A DNA stretch of 64,000 nt from a bacterium (GCA_016789445.1 JAEUQT010000002.1:227857-291856), one strand, 5' to 3'; shown: positions 55,892 through 64,000, numbered from the stretch's first letter. Notes: generated by a model not told the origin, from the sequence alone. Numbers and translations: made by a program.

Positions 55892-55925
55892 AAAAAAACC
55901 GCCCGACCAGTCGGGGTCGGGCGGT
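55892..55925 (-). terminator. Hairpin accgcccgacc...ggtcgggcggt followed by T7 on the minus strand
   Basis: 11-bp stem plus U-tract downstream of the 55933 gene. Confidence 0.6.
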
Positions 55926-55932
55926 AATCGCA

Positions 55933-56334
55933 TCAGTTTCTGACGCGTCGGAATGTCAGGGTCGAATGCTCGTTCCATTCGCGCCCGACAGGAGTACATC
56001 CATTCCAGCGTGCAGGCGCGAGGCCGGAAAGCTCGAAGTAGTTGTCATCGAACGTGCCGGTGACTTCGTAGGTTGCGGGATTGCAGCCGGATTTGAACAC
56101 GCGAGCCGTCGCGTTGATCTGATCGTCTACACCGATCCATCCATCCACGAGGATGGTGTTGTACTCGACGCCGATTCCTGGTTTCGGACGGATGTAGTTG
56201 ATCGAGAAGTCGTGTTCGCCGTTCCAGTTCACCTCCACGATGGAGCCGTTGTGGTCGAAACGACCGCCGGTTTCCTGTGCGATGGCGATGCCAGCTAATG
56301 CAATAAGAGCCAGTGCGGCAGCAAATATACGCAT
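55933..56334 (-). CDS. Small secreted hypothetical protein
   Basis: Signal peptide MRIFAAALALIALAGIAIAQ. Two Cys. The ORF could extend to 56379. Confidence 0.45.
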   Translation of the reverse strand: MRIFAAALALIALAGIAIAQETGGRFDHNGSIVEVNWNGEHDFSINYIRPKPGIGVEYNTILVDGWIGVDDQINATARVFKSGCNPATYEVTGTFDDNYFELSGLAPARWNGCTPVGREWNEHSTLTFRRVRN

Positions 56335-56403
56335 TGAGTATCTCCTTTGTGCGTTATCTACCGCCGCGGAATATACCACGCTTCATGAAGCGTCGCCACT
56401 GAG

Positions 56404-57006
56404 TTATTGGATGACGACGCTCTCAGCAACAGTGCGGATCGTATCGATATCCGCTTCGTCGGCATTCTGATTGAGGGGTGCGTGGATGACGAGGATGCTG
56501 CTTCCGGATGCGCTCGATTGGCGCTGGAAGACGAAGTACGGGCCCTTGGTGAATCCAGTCATGTTACCGCTCGGGAACTCCTTCAGCTCTGCTTTGAGAT
56601 AGAGCTCGGTACCGACGAGTCCGCCGGTGCGGAACTCTTCAGAGCTTTCGATGCCGGTGCAGGAGATGCTCGCATTCGGCCCATCTGCAGCGCAGAGGTT
56701 TGAAAGGTCGCGGGCAACCGCATCGAGGAATGTTTCCCCCGCCTGGCCGCGCACCGTCATTGCGCGTAGCTCGACAACGCCGCTCACCATATCACCATCG
56801 ATATGCCCGAAGACGACGTTCTCAGGAAGGTATTCCTTTATATCGAGTCCTTCAGGGACGGTGACCGTGTATTCGTAGACGTCATTGTGATAACTGCTCG
56901 TTTCCGCTTTCTGGGAATTGGCAGGAAAGGGGAGTGGGCTGAAATAACCGAAGATGACAAGGCCGATGAAAAGAAGTCCGAGGAAAAAGAGTGCTACGTA
57001 TCTCAT
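56404..57006 (-). CDS. Membrane-anchored hypothetical protein
   Basis: N-terminal TM YVALFFLGLLFIGLVIFGYF. No known domain. The ORF could extend to 57033. Confidence 0.45.
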   Translation of the reverse strand: MRYVALFFLGLLFIGLVIFGYFSPLPFPANSQKAETSSYHNDVYEYTVTVPEGLDIKEYLPENVVFGHIDGDMVSGVVELRAMTVRGQAGETFLDAVARDLSNLCAADGPNASISCTGIESSEEFRTGGLVGTELYLKAELKEFPSGNMTGFTKGPYFVFQRQSSASGSSILVIHAPLNQNADEADIDTIRTVAESVVIQ

Positions 57007-57066
57007 CGGGCGATTGTACCTGATGGGGCCCATAACGAAAGCGGCCCGCCAGAGGCGGACCGTTTC

Positions 57067-57207
57067 CTATTGGCGCTTTGCGCGCTTCTTCGTACCTTTC
57101 TTCGCACGGCGAGCCGTGAGCATCGCAGCTTTTATCTGCAACCTCTTTTTCGTCTTGCGCGAGTGCGACTTCTTCCTCTCGATCGGAGAGATTCGTCCTA
57201 CGCTCAT
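57067..57207 (-). CDS. Candidate 46-aa highly basic small protein (not in the ORF track)
   Basis: MSVGRISPIERKKSHSRKTKKRLQIKAAMLTARRAKKGTKKRAKRQ. Followed on the same strand by a GC hairpin (57035-57065). No clear SD. Confidence 0.25.
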   Translation of the reverse strand: MSVGRISPIERKKSHSRKTKKRLQIKAAMLTARRAKKGTKKRAKRQ

Positions 57208-57247
57208 AGCGGGAGTATACACGTAACGCGATAAATCGGAAGCGCAA

Positions 57248-57544
57248 TCACTTGGATTTCTTGTTGAGAACGTACTTCATCGAACGGCTCATCGGCTTAT
57301 CGGTGCGATGGATGCAGCCGACCCAGCAGCACGGACGACGCATACTACCTTTCATTTTTGAGATCGCTTTCTCGATGCGGATGCCGCGCGTCTCGGCCTT
57401 CTTGCCGGATATCACCCAGCAGATCCATTCATTGCGCGCGAGCGGTGAAATGTCCTGCCAGAGCGCAAGCACTTTGGGAGTCGTCTGAATTGCCTTCCGG
57501 AGATCTGCAGGAAGGGGATGGGCGGTGCCGCCGGAGAGAGTCAT
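57248..57544 (-). CDS. YdeI/OmpD-associated family-like small protein
   Basis: LPADLRKAIQ...VLALWQDISPLARNEWICWV...ETRGIRIEK pattern. Cys-rich tail CCWVGCIHR. Confidence 0.4.
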   Translation of the reverse strand: MTLSGGTAHPLPADLRKAIQTTPKVLALWQDISPLARNEWICWVISGKKAETRGIRIEKAISKMKGSMRRPCCWVGCIHRTDKPMSRSMKYVLNKKSK

Positions 57545-57602
57545 GATTCATTTTACCAATCAGCCGGTAATAAAAGAATTTTAGCTGCAAAAAATCACTA
57601 AC

Positions 57603-58112
57603 CTACGAACGCTTAAATACTAACTGTTGTCGCGTTTCTACGCGAAAATCGTCAACGCTTCGATCTGGTGTAAAAATTGCACTCCCTGACAATTGTTTCC
57701 CTCCATTTGCGACACGTAGAAGAAAGGCTCCCGTACCAGTGCGGTCTTTTCTTTGCGCCGAATATGTAAACAAAAGATAATTGTCACGAATTTCACCTCG
57801 TAAAGTGAAGTAGTTTGAATAAATTTCCTCTTCACCTGCAGTAGTTTTTGCAAAAAAAGTGCCAGTTACCTCATGAGCCTTCTGTTCAAGATCTAGGGAA
57901 ACCTCGAATGTCATGCTCTTGGTCGGGGAAACTTGGGTTGTCTGTTTATGGCTCCAATTGCCATCAACTTTAACCCCTCGATATACAAGGTGTCGAAACC
58001 AAGGGAGTACCACTCGACCAAAGAACACGGTCGCAAGACCTAGAATTACAGCAGTTATGATGCCGCTTGCGATCCCGATTAATATTGAAATCGAGACCTC
58101 CAGGATATTCAT
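57603..58112 (-). CDS. Membrane-anchored orphan protein encoded in a low-GC islet next to tRNA-Asn
   Basis: 169 aa. N-terminal TM ISILIGIASGIITAVILGLATVFF. About 42% GC versus about 58% for the rest of the window. Confidence 0.5.
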   Translation of the reverse strand: MNILEVSISILIGIASGIITAVILGLATVFFGRVVLPWFRHLVYRGVKVDGNWSHKQTTQVSPTKSMTFEVSLDLEQKAHEVTGTFFAKTTAGEEEIYSNYFTLRGEIRDNYLLFTYSAQRKDRTGTGAFLLRVANGGKQLSGSAIFTPDRSVDDFRVETRQQLVFKRS

Positions 58113-58113
58113 G

Positions 58114-58185
58114 CTCCGCGGGTAGGACTCGAACCTACAGCCAACTCGTTAACAGCGAGCTGCTCTACCATTGAGCTACCGCGGA
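58114..58185 (-). tRNA. tRNA-Asn (anticodon GUU)
   Basis: Cloverleaf: acceptor TCCGCGG/CCGCGGA. D-arm GCTC-AATGGTA-GAGC. Anticodon loop CTGTTAA. T-arm GTAGG-TTCGAGT-CCTAC. Discriminator G. No encoded CCA. Confidence 0.9.
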
Positions 58186-58275
58186 ATGTGGCCGTATTCT
58201 AGCGCAGAAATGGCTCTTTGCAATGACAAAACCCCGCAGTAATGCGGGGTTTTGTGGCTCAATATTGTCGCCAAC

Positions 58276-60840
58276 TTACTGGGTGCGAGCGGCGAGGAGC
58301 TGCTGGATCTGAGCGAGGATCACATTGAGCTTCTTGGTGAGCTCGTCGATGAGCGCCTGGTTCGGATTCACACCGCCTGGGCAGACGTTGAGGAGCGCGC
58401 GGGTCTTGGGGCCCGCCATGCCGACCTGTTCGAGGCCGTTAGCCTTCTGGAAGCTGATGACAGCTGCCTGGGTCGCTGGGCCGAAGTTGCCGTTCGCTGC
58501 TGCGGTCATATGTCCCTTTGCGGCGAGTGCCTTCTGGAGTTCCAAGACATCATCACCGCGCATGCCGAACGAGAGATTGCGGGTGAATTGGTAGCAGGTG
58601 CCGGTTGCTGCGCCGAGGACCTGCGGAATAGCTGGTCCGCCACCGCCACCTCCGCCGCCACGGCTGCCACCACCACCGGATGTCGGAGCAGGAGTGCTGC
58701 TACCTCCGCCGGTCGTCTGATCGACACACTGGCCATCCTGGATCACTTTGCCTGACAGGACTTCAGACTGATCGCCATCGATATTCGGGCAGACGTCGGT
58801 CGGGGTCTCTTCTTCGTTGTTGCCGTCATTCTCGCAGACATCGTGTGCACCGACGAAGATGCCTGATGAGCAGGTCGGAGTGATGAATTCGACGTCGACG
58901 CTCACGAACTCATCAAACGTGCCGAGGAATGCGAGGAGGCCTTCGAGCGATGAATACTGTTCGAGGAGTTCATCAATGAGATCTGCGATATTCGACGGGA
59001 ATCCTGCGATGCCGACGAAAATGCTGATGTTCATACACTTATCGACGCCGCCGCCGACGAAGTTCATGCCTTCAGGGCAGTCGGGGGATTCGTAGGTGAT
59101 GAGATTTACCGTCGCGATGTTGCTCGTGGAGGAGCCGTCATTAACCCAGAAGGTGAAGGAATCGCTTCCGAAGAAGTCTTCGTCCGGCGTGTAGGTGAGA
59201 AGAGGTGCGGTGCCGGAGAGTTCACCATCCTGCGGATTGTTGACCGTGAAGACGAACGCTTCGCCGGAGAAGTCGTCCTCGTCTGAGTAATCGAGCGTGA
59301 AGTCTGCCCATCCGTTGACGGGTACGAGAACGGTCATGTCGTTCGCCGTCGGGGTGACGTTCTTCGGTTCGAGATCGTAAATGGTGGTGTCGGTGTTGAT
59401 GCCGCTCTTCGTGACGACCTTCACGTTGTCGAGATAGCCGCTGACGCCTGCATCGCCAAGACTCGTGTCACCTACGTTGATGGCCACGACGCGGATGCTG
59501 GAGCCTGCGCTCAGTGCATTCATGCCAGCCGGGGAAGACGGGCAGGTGAATGGCGATGCTTGGCCGCCGGTGCGCGTCGTTACCGGATAGCTCTGCGTCG
59601 GATCGAAGGTGACCGTCGTGAACGCACCGGTCGAGCCTGTGGTCGGGACGACGTTGTAGCGGCAGTCGTAGAATTTCGTCGAAGACGAGACGCCGAAGTT
59701 GGCATACACATTCATGTAGAACTGCTCTTCGACATCCGCGCTCGGAGCGGCGATCTTGAAGTCGTACGAGATGCTGCCGATCTCCGAGATCTTCTTCAGA
59801 AGAAACAGTTCGCCGATGAACTTATTGCTTGCCGTCGTGCTCGAGATGGGGGAGACGAAGAGGCTGCCGGTGCCGATGGATGCCGCACCGGTGTTGAAGG
59901 CGAACGGCGATGCGGTCGAAGTGTCGCGGTTGAACATCCAGCCGAGGGCGTTCTCTGCCGCGGAAGTGTTGCCGGAGATTTTCACCGTGTCGGACGAATT
60001 GACCGGCGTAGCGGTCGATGAGGTCAGAGTAATGTCATCAATGAGGAAGCCGACGCCGAGGGTCGCAGGAGCAGCGGTACCGCCCGCACGGAAGAGCAGG
60101 GAATCGACGGTGCGACTCTCATCAGCGAGCGACGGATTCGATTCGTTATCGAAGCGGAAGTAGTTCTCCCAGGTCGTTCCCGTATGGACAAGGTTGCCGT
60201 CGATGTAGATCTTCACGATGTCGTTCGACGGACCATCGACGAAATCGATGACGAATTTCGCCGTGTGTGCGGACTCGCGCGAGAGATCGTTTGCTACGAG
60301 GGTCGGCGTAAAGACCGCTGGGTCGATGACGCTCTGGACGTCGTAGAAATTGACATCGATACCTTCTGCCGTGTCAGCGAAGCTGAGATAACTCATGCGC
60401 GCGCCGTCGCCGCGGTCGGGAGAGACCGAGAGAAAGAGTCCCGGCTGATAGGTGGTGGTTGCCGCTTTGATCTTGAACTCGGCTTCAAAGTGGTTCTGGC
60501 GTGCGCCGCCGGATTGGCCGCCGCTCACAGCCTGTGCATCACCCGCTTCGTCAGTAAGCGAGGTGGTGAAGGTCTGATCGCCGAAACTGCCGCTGGTTAC
60601 GGCATTCGAGAAACGGAGCGACTTGGAGCCTGAGAGTACCGAGGATTCGACGACTTCGACATCGTAGCTACCGGTCTTCGTCCAGCCGTTTTGGCCGTTG
60701 ATGGCGCCGGTTGCGTAGCTTTCGAAATCAATGCTAAGAGTGTCAGCCTCGACTAAAAGCGGAGCGAATGCAAAGCTGGCGCTGATAACGAGCGACATGA
60801 CGAAGAGCGTCAGGGCGCGGGAGTTCTTTACGAGATCCAT
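58276..60840 (-). CDS. Large secreted protein (854 aa): N-terminal beta-rich region, cadherin-like/VCBS-type domain, Cys-rich module, poly-Gly linker and a C-terminal PG_binding_1 domain
   Basis: Signal peptide. DYSDEDDFSGEAFVFTVNNPQDGELSG...FTFWVNDGSSTSNIATVNLI (cadherin-like). GGGGSRGGGGGGGG. DDVLELQKALAAKGHMT...GPATQAAVISFQ (PG-binding). Confidence 0.75.
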   Translation of the reverse strand: MDLVKNSRALTLFVMSLVISASFAFAPLLVEADTLSIDFESYATGAINGQNGWTKTGSYDVEVVESSVLSGSKSLRFSNAVTSGSFGDQTFTTSLTDEAGDAQAVSGGQSGGARQNHFEAEFKIKAATTTYQPGLFLSVSPDRGDGARMSYLSFADTAEGIDVNFYDVQSVIDPAVFTPTLVANDLSRESAHTAKFVIDFVDGPSNDIVKIYIDGNLVHTGTTWENYFRFDNESNPSLADESRTVDSLLFRAGGTAAPATLGVGFLIDDITLTSSTATPVNSSDTVKISGNTSAAENALGWMFNRDTSTASPFAFNTGAASIGTGSLFVSPISSTTASNKFIGELFLLKKISEIGSISYDFKIAAPSADVEEQFYMNVYANFGVSSSTKFYDCRYNVVPTTGSTGAFTTVTFDPTQSYPVTTRTGGQASPFTCPSSPAGMNALSAGSSIRVVAINVGDTSLGDAGVSGYLDNVKVVTKSGINTDTTIYDLEPKNVTPTANDMTVLVPVNGWADFTLDYSDEDDFSGEAFVFTVNNPQDGELSGTAPLLTYTPDEDFFGSDSFTFWVNDGSSTSNIATVNLITYESPDCPEGMNFVGGGVDKCMNISIFVGIAGFPSNIADLIDELLEQYSSLEGLLAFLGTFDEFVSVDVEFITPTCSSGIFVGAHDVCENDGNNEEETPTDVCPNIDGDQSEVLSGKVIQDGQCVDQTTGGGSSTPAPTSGGGGSRGGGGGGGGPAIPQVLGAATGTCYQFTRNLSFGMRGDDVLELQKALAAKGHMTAAANGNFGPATQAAVISFQKANGLEQVGMAGPKTRALLNVCPGGVNPNQALIDELTKKLNVILAQIQQLLAARTQ

Positions 60841-61114
60841 AGTATGTTTTCTTATTAAGATTCCCCAAATCCATTAAAGAAAGAGCTAAAACGAAACGAT
60901 TCTTGCCTAATGACAAGAATCGTTTCTGAGCTTTCGCTCGGACCCCGTAGTTCTACAACTTTGAGAGGAAAGGGCAATGCTGGGTTATGTTCCGAAATGA
61001 TTATTTACATTTCGCAAATTGTGTGGCAAAGAAATAACCCCAGACAAGCATGTTCAGGAAAAACACATCAGGTGCAGGTATATACTAGATGATTATGACT
61101 AACACTCCTTCCGT

Positions 61115-61474
61115 ATGGATCTGAGAATAAAAACGAGCGATTACGAGATGCCACGTGAGGTCGCCGACTACCTCGATGACAAGATCGATTCCATACAGAA
61201 ACTGCTCGCCGCCGATGCGGAGACCGCTCGTTGCGAAGTGGAGCTTGGGCGGCATGTCGGAAGCTCACAGCAAGGCGATGTATGGCGCGCGGAAATCATC
61301 GTGCATCGCAACGGCCAGCGGCATGTCGCCTCGGCGACCGGGGAAAGCATCAACGCAGCCATTGATGTAGCGAAGGATGAGATCCTCCAGCAACTTCGCA
61401 AGAGCAAGGGAAGAAGCTTTGCGATGGCGAGAAGGATGGCAGGTCGTCTCAAGAGGATGGCACGCTGGGCATAA
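61115..61474 (+). CDS. hpf: Ribosome hibernation promoting factor / RaiA (short form)
   Basis: Aligns with E. coli HPF (M.L.I...E....L.EY...K...L...F; VNGG-like core; AIDxxxDxLxxQLxKxK). Confidence 0.8.
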   Translation: MDLRIKTSDYEMPREVADYLDDKIDSIQKLLAADAETARCEVELGRHVGSSQQGDVWRAEIIVHRNGQRHVASATGESINAAIDVAKDEILQQLRKSKGRSFAMARRMAGRLKRMARWA

Positions 61475-61481
61475 CAGAGAA

Positions 61482-61515
61482 AGCGCGTCATGTGCATGAC
61501 GCGCTTTGTATTTTG
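61482..61515 (+). terminator. Rho-independent terminator after hpf (agcgcgtcatg-tgc-atgacgcgct + ttgtatttt)
   Basis: 10-bp stem plus T-rich tail. A second hairpin gaaggcc-gcg-ggccttc follows and serves the minus-strand small ORF. Confidence 0.65.
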
Positions 61516-61529
61516 AAGGCCGCGGGCCT

Positions 61530-61721
61530 TCAGGCGATAGTGCCGGTCAGATAGTGACCGACGTTCTTCTTGTCGACGATTATTGCTGCCCAAGCGTTAC
61601 CGAGTGTGGTGACCGTCATCTCGAAAATGTCGAGACACTTATCTTTGGCTGCCTTATGGGCCGCTTCCACGCTCTTCTGATCGCTGGGGACAGGACCTTC
61701 ATCGTCCATATCCGGGCGCAT
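61530..61721 (-). CDS. Small hypothetical protein (63 aa)
   Basis: Protein-like composition. It is bracketed by a hairpin, and the alternative plus-strand ORF looks less protein-like. Confidence 0.3.
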   Translation of the reverse strand: MRPDMDDEGPVPSDQKSVEAAHKAAKDKCLDIFEMTVTTLGNAWAAIIVDKKNVGHYLTGTIA

Positions 61722-61814
61722 TTCACATACTCCTTACCCTATATTGTGAGCAAGCCCCACCGCCACTCTGCGGCATGGGCGATGAAGAGTCAATGAGCTA
61801 TTCACACCCGCTTT

Positions 61815-62690
61815 TTAGAGCGGTCGGGCGCCGGAATTGAGGAAATCCTTGTAGGACATCGCGGGTTTACCTTCCGGCTTTACCGTCTCGAGCACTAATT
61901 TGCCGTTCTCGATGTGCGCATCGATGATGACGACACGGAGTTTTTCACCATTGCGGTCGAAAAAAGCGAACGTACCGGGCCAGCCATCGAACGCGCGGAT
62001 CTTCAAGAGGTTGTGATACGCGTCGGCTTTTAAATCGATCTCTCCCTCTTCTTTCAAAAAGATCTTGCAGTACGTAGCCTCTGAATGATCCTGCTCCTGC
62101 GGTGTGATTTCTCCCGAAAAATATCTCGGTAACACTTCTGCGAGAAGCTCTGCTCCTTCGCGTGCCAGAAGCGCATCAAGTTCCGTTCCTTTCGGCGGCC
62201 ATTCGGGGACGCTCACTTCTTTCTGGCCGATAAGCGGCCCGTGATCCATCTTGTCATCGAGGATCATGATGGAGACACCGACCTCTTTCTCGTCGTTGAG
62301 GATCGCAGAACGGATCGGAGACGGACCGCGGAGTTTCGGCAGCAGCGACGGGTGCAGATTGATGGTGCCGAACTTCGGGATATCAAGCAGGGCTTGCGGA
62401 AGGATCTTTCCATACGATGCGACGACGAACGCGTCCCATGAGTCTTTCTGTAATTCAGAAAGGAATGCGTCATCGATCTTCTCTGGTTGCAGCACGGGGA
62501 TGTCGCGTGCGAGAGCCCATGCTTTTTCGGGAGAGGGGATGACATTCTTCTTGCGATCAAGACGATCTTTACCGGCAACAATAAGTTGTGGCGTGAGTCC
62601 TGCGACTTCGAGCGCGTTCAATACCTCTTCCGCGAGTGGGAAGGTGCCGAAGAAGACGAGCTTACTCCTGCCCGGTGTCGCGTTCGTCAT
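61815..62690 (-). CDS. fmt: Methionyl-tRNA formyltransferase
   Basis: NLHPSLLPKLRGPSPI (formyltransferase SLLP motif). Lies downstream of def. Confidence 0.9.
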   Translation of the reverse strand: MTNATPGRSKLVFFGTFPLAEEVLNALEVAGLTPQLIVAGKDRLDRKKNVIPSPEKAWALARDIPVLQPEKIDDAFLSELQKDSWDAFVVASYGKILPQALLDIPKFGTINLHPSLLPKLRGPSPIRSAILNDEKEVGVSIMILDDKMDHGPLIGQKEVSVPEWPPKGTELDALLAREGAELLAEVLPRYFSGEITPQEQDHSEATYCKIFLKEEGEIDLKADAYHNLLKIRAFDGWPGTFAFFDRNGEKLRVVIIDAHIENGKLVLETVKPEGKPAMSYKDFLNSGARPL

Positions 62691-63201
62691 AGAGTTCTTT
62701 CGCCTTATCTATATAAAGGACACCGTTGAGATGATCCATCTCGTGCTGGAAGATATGTGCGAGAAGTCCGGAGGCGCCGCGGGTGAAGGCTTTGCCGTGC
62801 TCGTCGTAGGCTTTGATCGTCGCTTTCTCGGCGCGCGGGACCATACCCCATTTGCCACGCACCGAAAGGCAGCCTTCGTGCTTGTCTTTCTTGCCACGCG
62901 AGACTTTCGTGAGCTGGGGATTGATGTATACCTGATCGGTCTCAGGCATGCCCGCCTCCGGAACATCTTCTTCTGCATCTTTTTTCGCACGCTTACGGAC
63001 GGAACCGGCGACGATGAACAGACGAAGCGTTTCGCCGACCTGCGGTGCAGCGAGAGCGACGCCGTACTTTTCTTTCGCAAGAAGTGCTTTCATGTCAGCG
63101 ATGAGCTGTTGGATAGCAGGACTCCCGATATCTTTCTTCGGGATGTCATGCGCCTCTGCGCGGAGCGCCGGGTGGCCGTCTTGTACGATGTCTCGCTTCA
63201 T
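62662..63201 (-). CDS. def: Peptide deformylase
   Basis: GVALAAPQVG, EGCLSV, HEMDHLNG (three deformylase motifs). 29-nt overlap with fmt. Confidence 0.9.
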   Translation of the reverse strand: MKRDIVQDGHPALRAEAHDIPKKDIGSPAIQQLIADMKALLAKEKYGVALAAPQVGETLRLFIVAGSVRKRAKKDAEEDVPEAGMPETDQVYINPQLTKVSRGKKDKHEGCLSVRGKWGMVPRAEKATIKAYDEHGKAFTRGASGLLAHIFQHEMDHLNGVLYIDKAKELYDERDTGQE

Positions 63202-63231
63202 GTAGCGAAATATACCGTCTGTAGAGCCAAA

Positions 63232-63275
63232 AGAAAAACGGTCCGGGGAAGAGAGTCCCGGACCGTTTTGCGGGA
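63232..63275. terminator. Hairpin acggtccggg-gaagagagt-cccggaccgt flanked by A5 and T4 in the def upstream region
   Basis: 10-bp stem. Its role as terminator or attenuator is unclear. Confidence 0.3.
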
Positions 63276-63468
63276 GATGACCTCCTCGGCACTGACCGCA
63301 GCTTTACCCGCTGGGTATCAGTGATCCGTACTATCATCCCACCTCGATGCGTGACGCCGCCGCATTGGTAACGAAACGTCTCCGCATCGCATCGCAGGCG
63401 TCCCTGCGATGTAATCTCTGCAGCCACTATATCCATGGTTTTTTCACATGCAAGGGTAGAATGGAGGT

Positions 63469-63768
63469 ATGCGACACATCGGTGCATCACTGCGACAGAG
63501 CCGCGCACGTATCCGCGAGACCGAACGGGGCGAGCTCATGACGTACTTCAAGGACCGTCTGAATGCCTCGCGACAGCGTGACGGCCTCGAACTCATCACG
63601 ATGCCGCGCATGGGAAAGATTCTGGAAGGCATCCCGACGAAAGATCTCTACTATCTGAAGCGCGTCTGTGATGATGCGGGTAATTTCAGTAAAAAGTTCT
63701 GGTGGTTGTTGGATCCAAGAAAACACGAGGAGACATCAGATGGCAAACGGATCCTCCCACGCGAATAA
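63469..63768 (+). CDS. Small hypothetical protein (99 aa) ending FWWLLDPRKHEETSDGKRILPRE
   Basis: GGAGG 7 nt upstream of the ATG. A tagaat -10-like element lies upstream. The C-terminal 23 aa recur at 63869-63940. Confidence 0.45.
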   Translation: MRHIGASLRQSRARIRETERGELMTYFKDRLNASRQRDGLELITMPRMGKILEGIPTKDLYYLKRVCDDAGNFSKKFWWLLDPRKHEETSDGKRILPRE

Positions 63769-63783
63769 GAGAGACCAGAACGG

Positions 63784-63866
63784 GAAAGGGGTCGGGAAAA
63801 CACCTTGTTTTCCCGTGTCGGAAGGCAGGTCGCTTGCGACCGTTGGAAAACCGAGGGTTTCCAAGG
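63784..63866 (+). ncRNA. Unclassified three-hairpin RNA-like element, copy B
   Basis: H1 cgggaaaac-acctt-gttttcccg. H2 ggtcg-cttg-cgacc. H3 ttggaaa-accgaggg-tttccaa. Confidence 0.45.
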
Positions 63867-63940
63867 GGTTCTGGTGGCTACTCGACCCGAAGAAGCACGA
63901 GGAAACATCCGACGGAAAGCGGGTGCTACCGCGAGAATGA
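63815..63940 (+). CDS. Possible short ORF or paralogous 3' gene fragment ending FWWLLDPKKHEETSDGKRVLPRE (GTG start speculative)
   Basis: The last 24 codons differ from the upstream copy almost only at synonymous positions. The 5' boundary is unknown. Confidence 0.25.
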   Translation: MSEGRSLATVGKPRVSKGFWWLLDPKKHEETSDGKRVLPRE

Positions 63941-64000
63941 GTGGACAAAGTCAATTTGTGGGGTATAGTATTTTCCGGTTAAGTCAGTTGCAGGAGGGAA

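Noticed and set aside
57546-57620. Direct repeat of the tRNA-Asn 3' end marking an att site at the far edge of the low-GC islet
   Set aside because: Only a 7-nt aacctac match, which is too short to call. No integrase gene.
61506-61796. 96-aa plus-strand ORF overlapping the small minus-strand ORF near hpf
   Set aside because: It is Cys/His-rich with irregular composition and runs through both terminator hairpins. The minus-strand 63-aa ORF is the better, but still weak, candidate.
63696-63940. Diversity-generating retroelement template/variable-region pair, suggested by the duplicated 69-nt gene tail
   Set aside because: Differences between the copies are spread over all four bases at synonymous third positions rather than being adenine-specific. 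No reverse transcriptase is nearby.
63668-63940. 90-aa ORF reading through RNA-element copy B
   Set aside because: Its 5' half overlaps the upstream gene out of frame and crosses hairpins whose conservation pattern is RNA-like (loop indels not multiples of 3). Only the last ~24 codons show protein-level conservation.

Overview
The window is a gene-dense, high-GC (about 58%) bacterial chromosomal segment with only one short low-GC islet. It has no rRNA, no CRISPR array and no transposase or integrase. I support about 65 protein-coding genes, one tRNA-Asn(GUU) and a dozen hairpin/U-tract terminators. A very large share of the products are secreted or cell-surface proteins and signalling proteins.

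Recognisable blocks:
1. A complete thymidylate-cycle cluster: glyA, MazG-like NTP pyrophosphatase, tmk, dCMP deaminase, thyA, dcd, folA, plus an orphan PurC-like gene.
2. An ECF sigma factor, a DUF5667-like anti-sigma factor and a DUF5666-like protein.
3. A PNAG-like exopolysaccharide trio: GT2 processive synthase, CE4 deacetylase and UDP-sugar dehydrogenase.
4. Several two-component systems, including two paralogous hybrid kinases with multi-TM sensor domains and a FIST / histidine kinase / tandem-REC module.
5. A beta-glycoside utilisation operon ending in a ROK kinase and a cupin-type (archaeal-type) phosphoglucose isomerase.
6. A cell-wall remodelling cluster: L,D-transpeptidase, Rpf-like transglycosylase, M10 metalloprotease and a 3D-domain protein.
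7. hpf, def and fmt near the 3' end.

The most unusual signals:
- An ~85-93 nt three-hairpin RNA-like element occurs twice (26845-26937 and 63784-63866). The two copies carry compensatory base-pair swaps. The second copy sits between two diverged paralogous copies of a small-ORF 3' tail.
- A ~550-bp low-GC islet lies flush against the 3' end of tRNA-Asn and encodes a membrane-anchored orphan protein.
- A bacterial SET-domain protein.
- A DedA-HAD fusion protein.
- A ThyA with a PCP active-site variant.

All calls rest on reading the ORF translations and the DNA by eye. No database search was possible.
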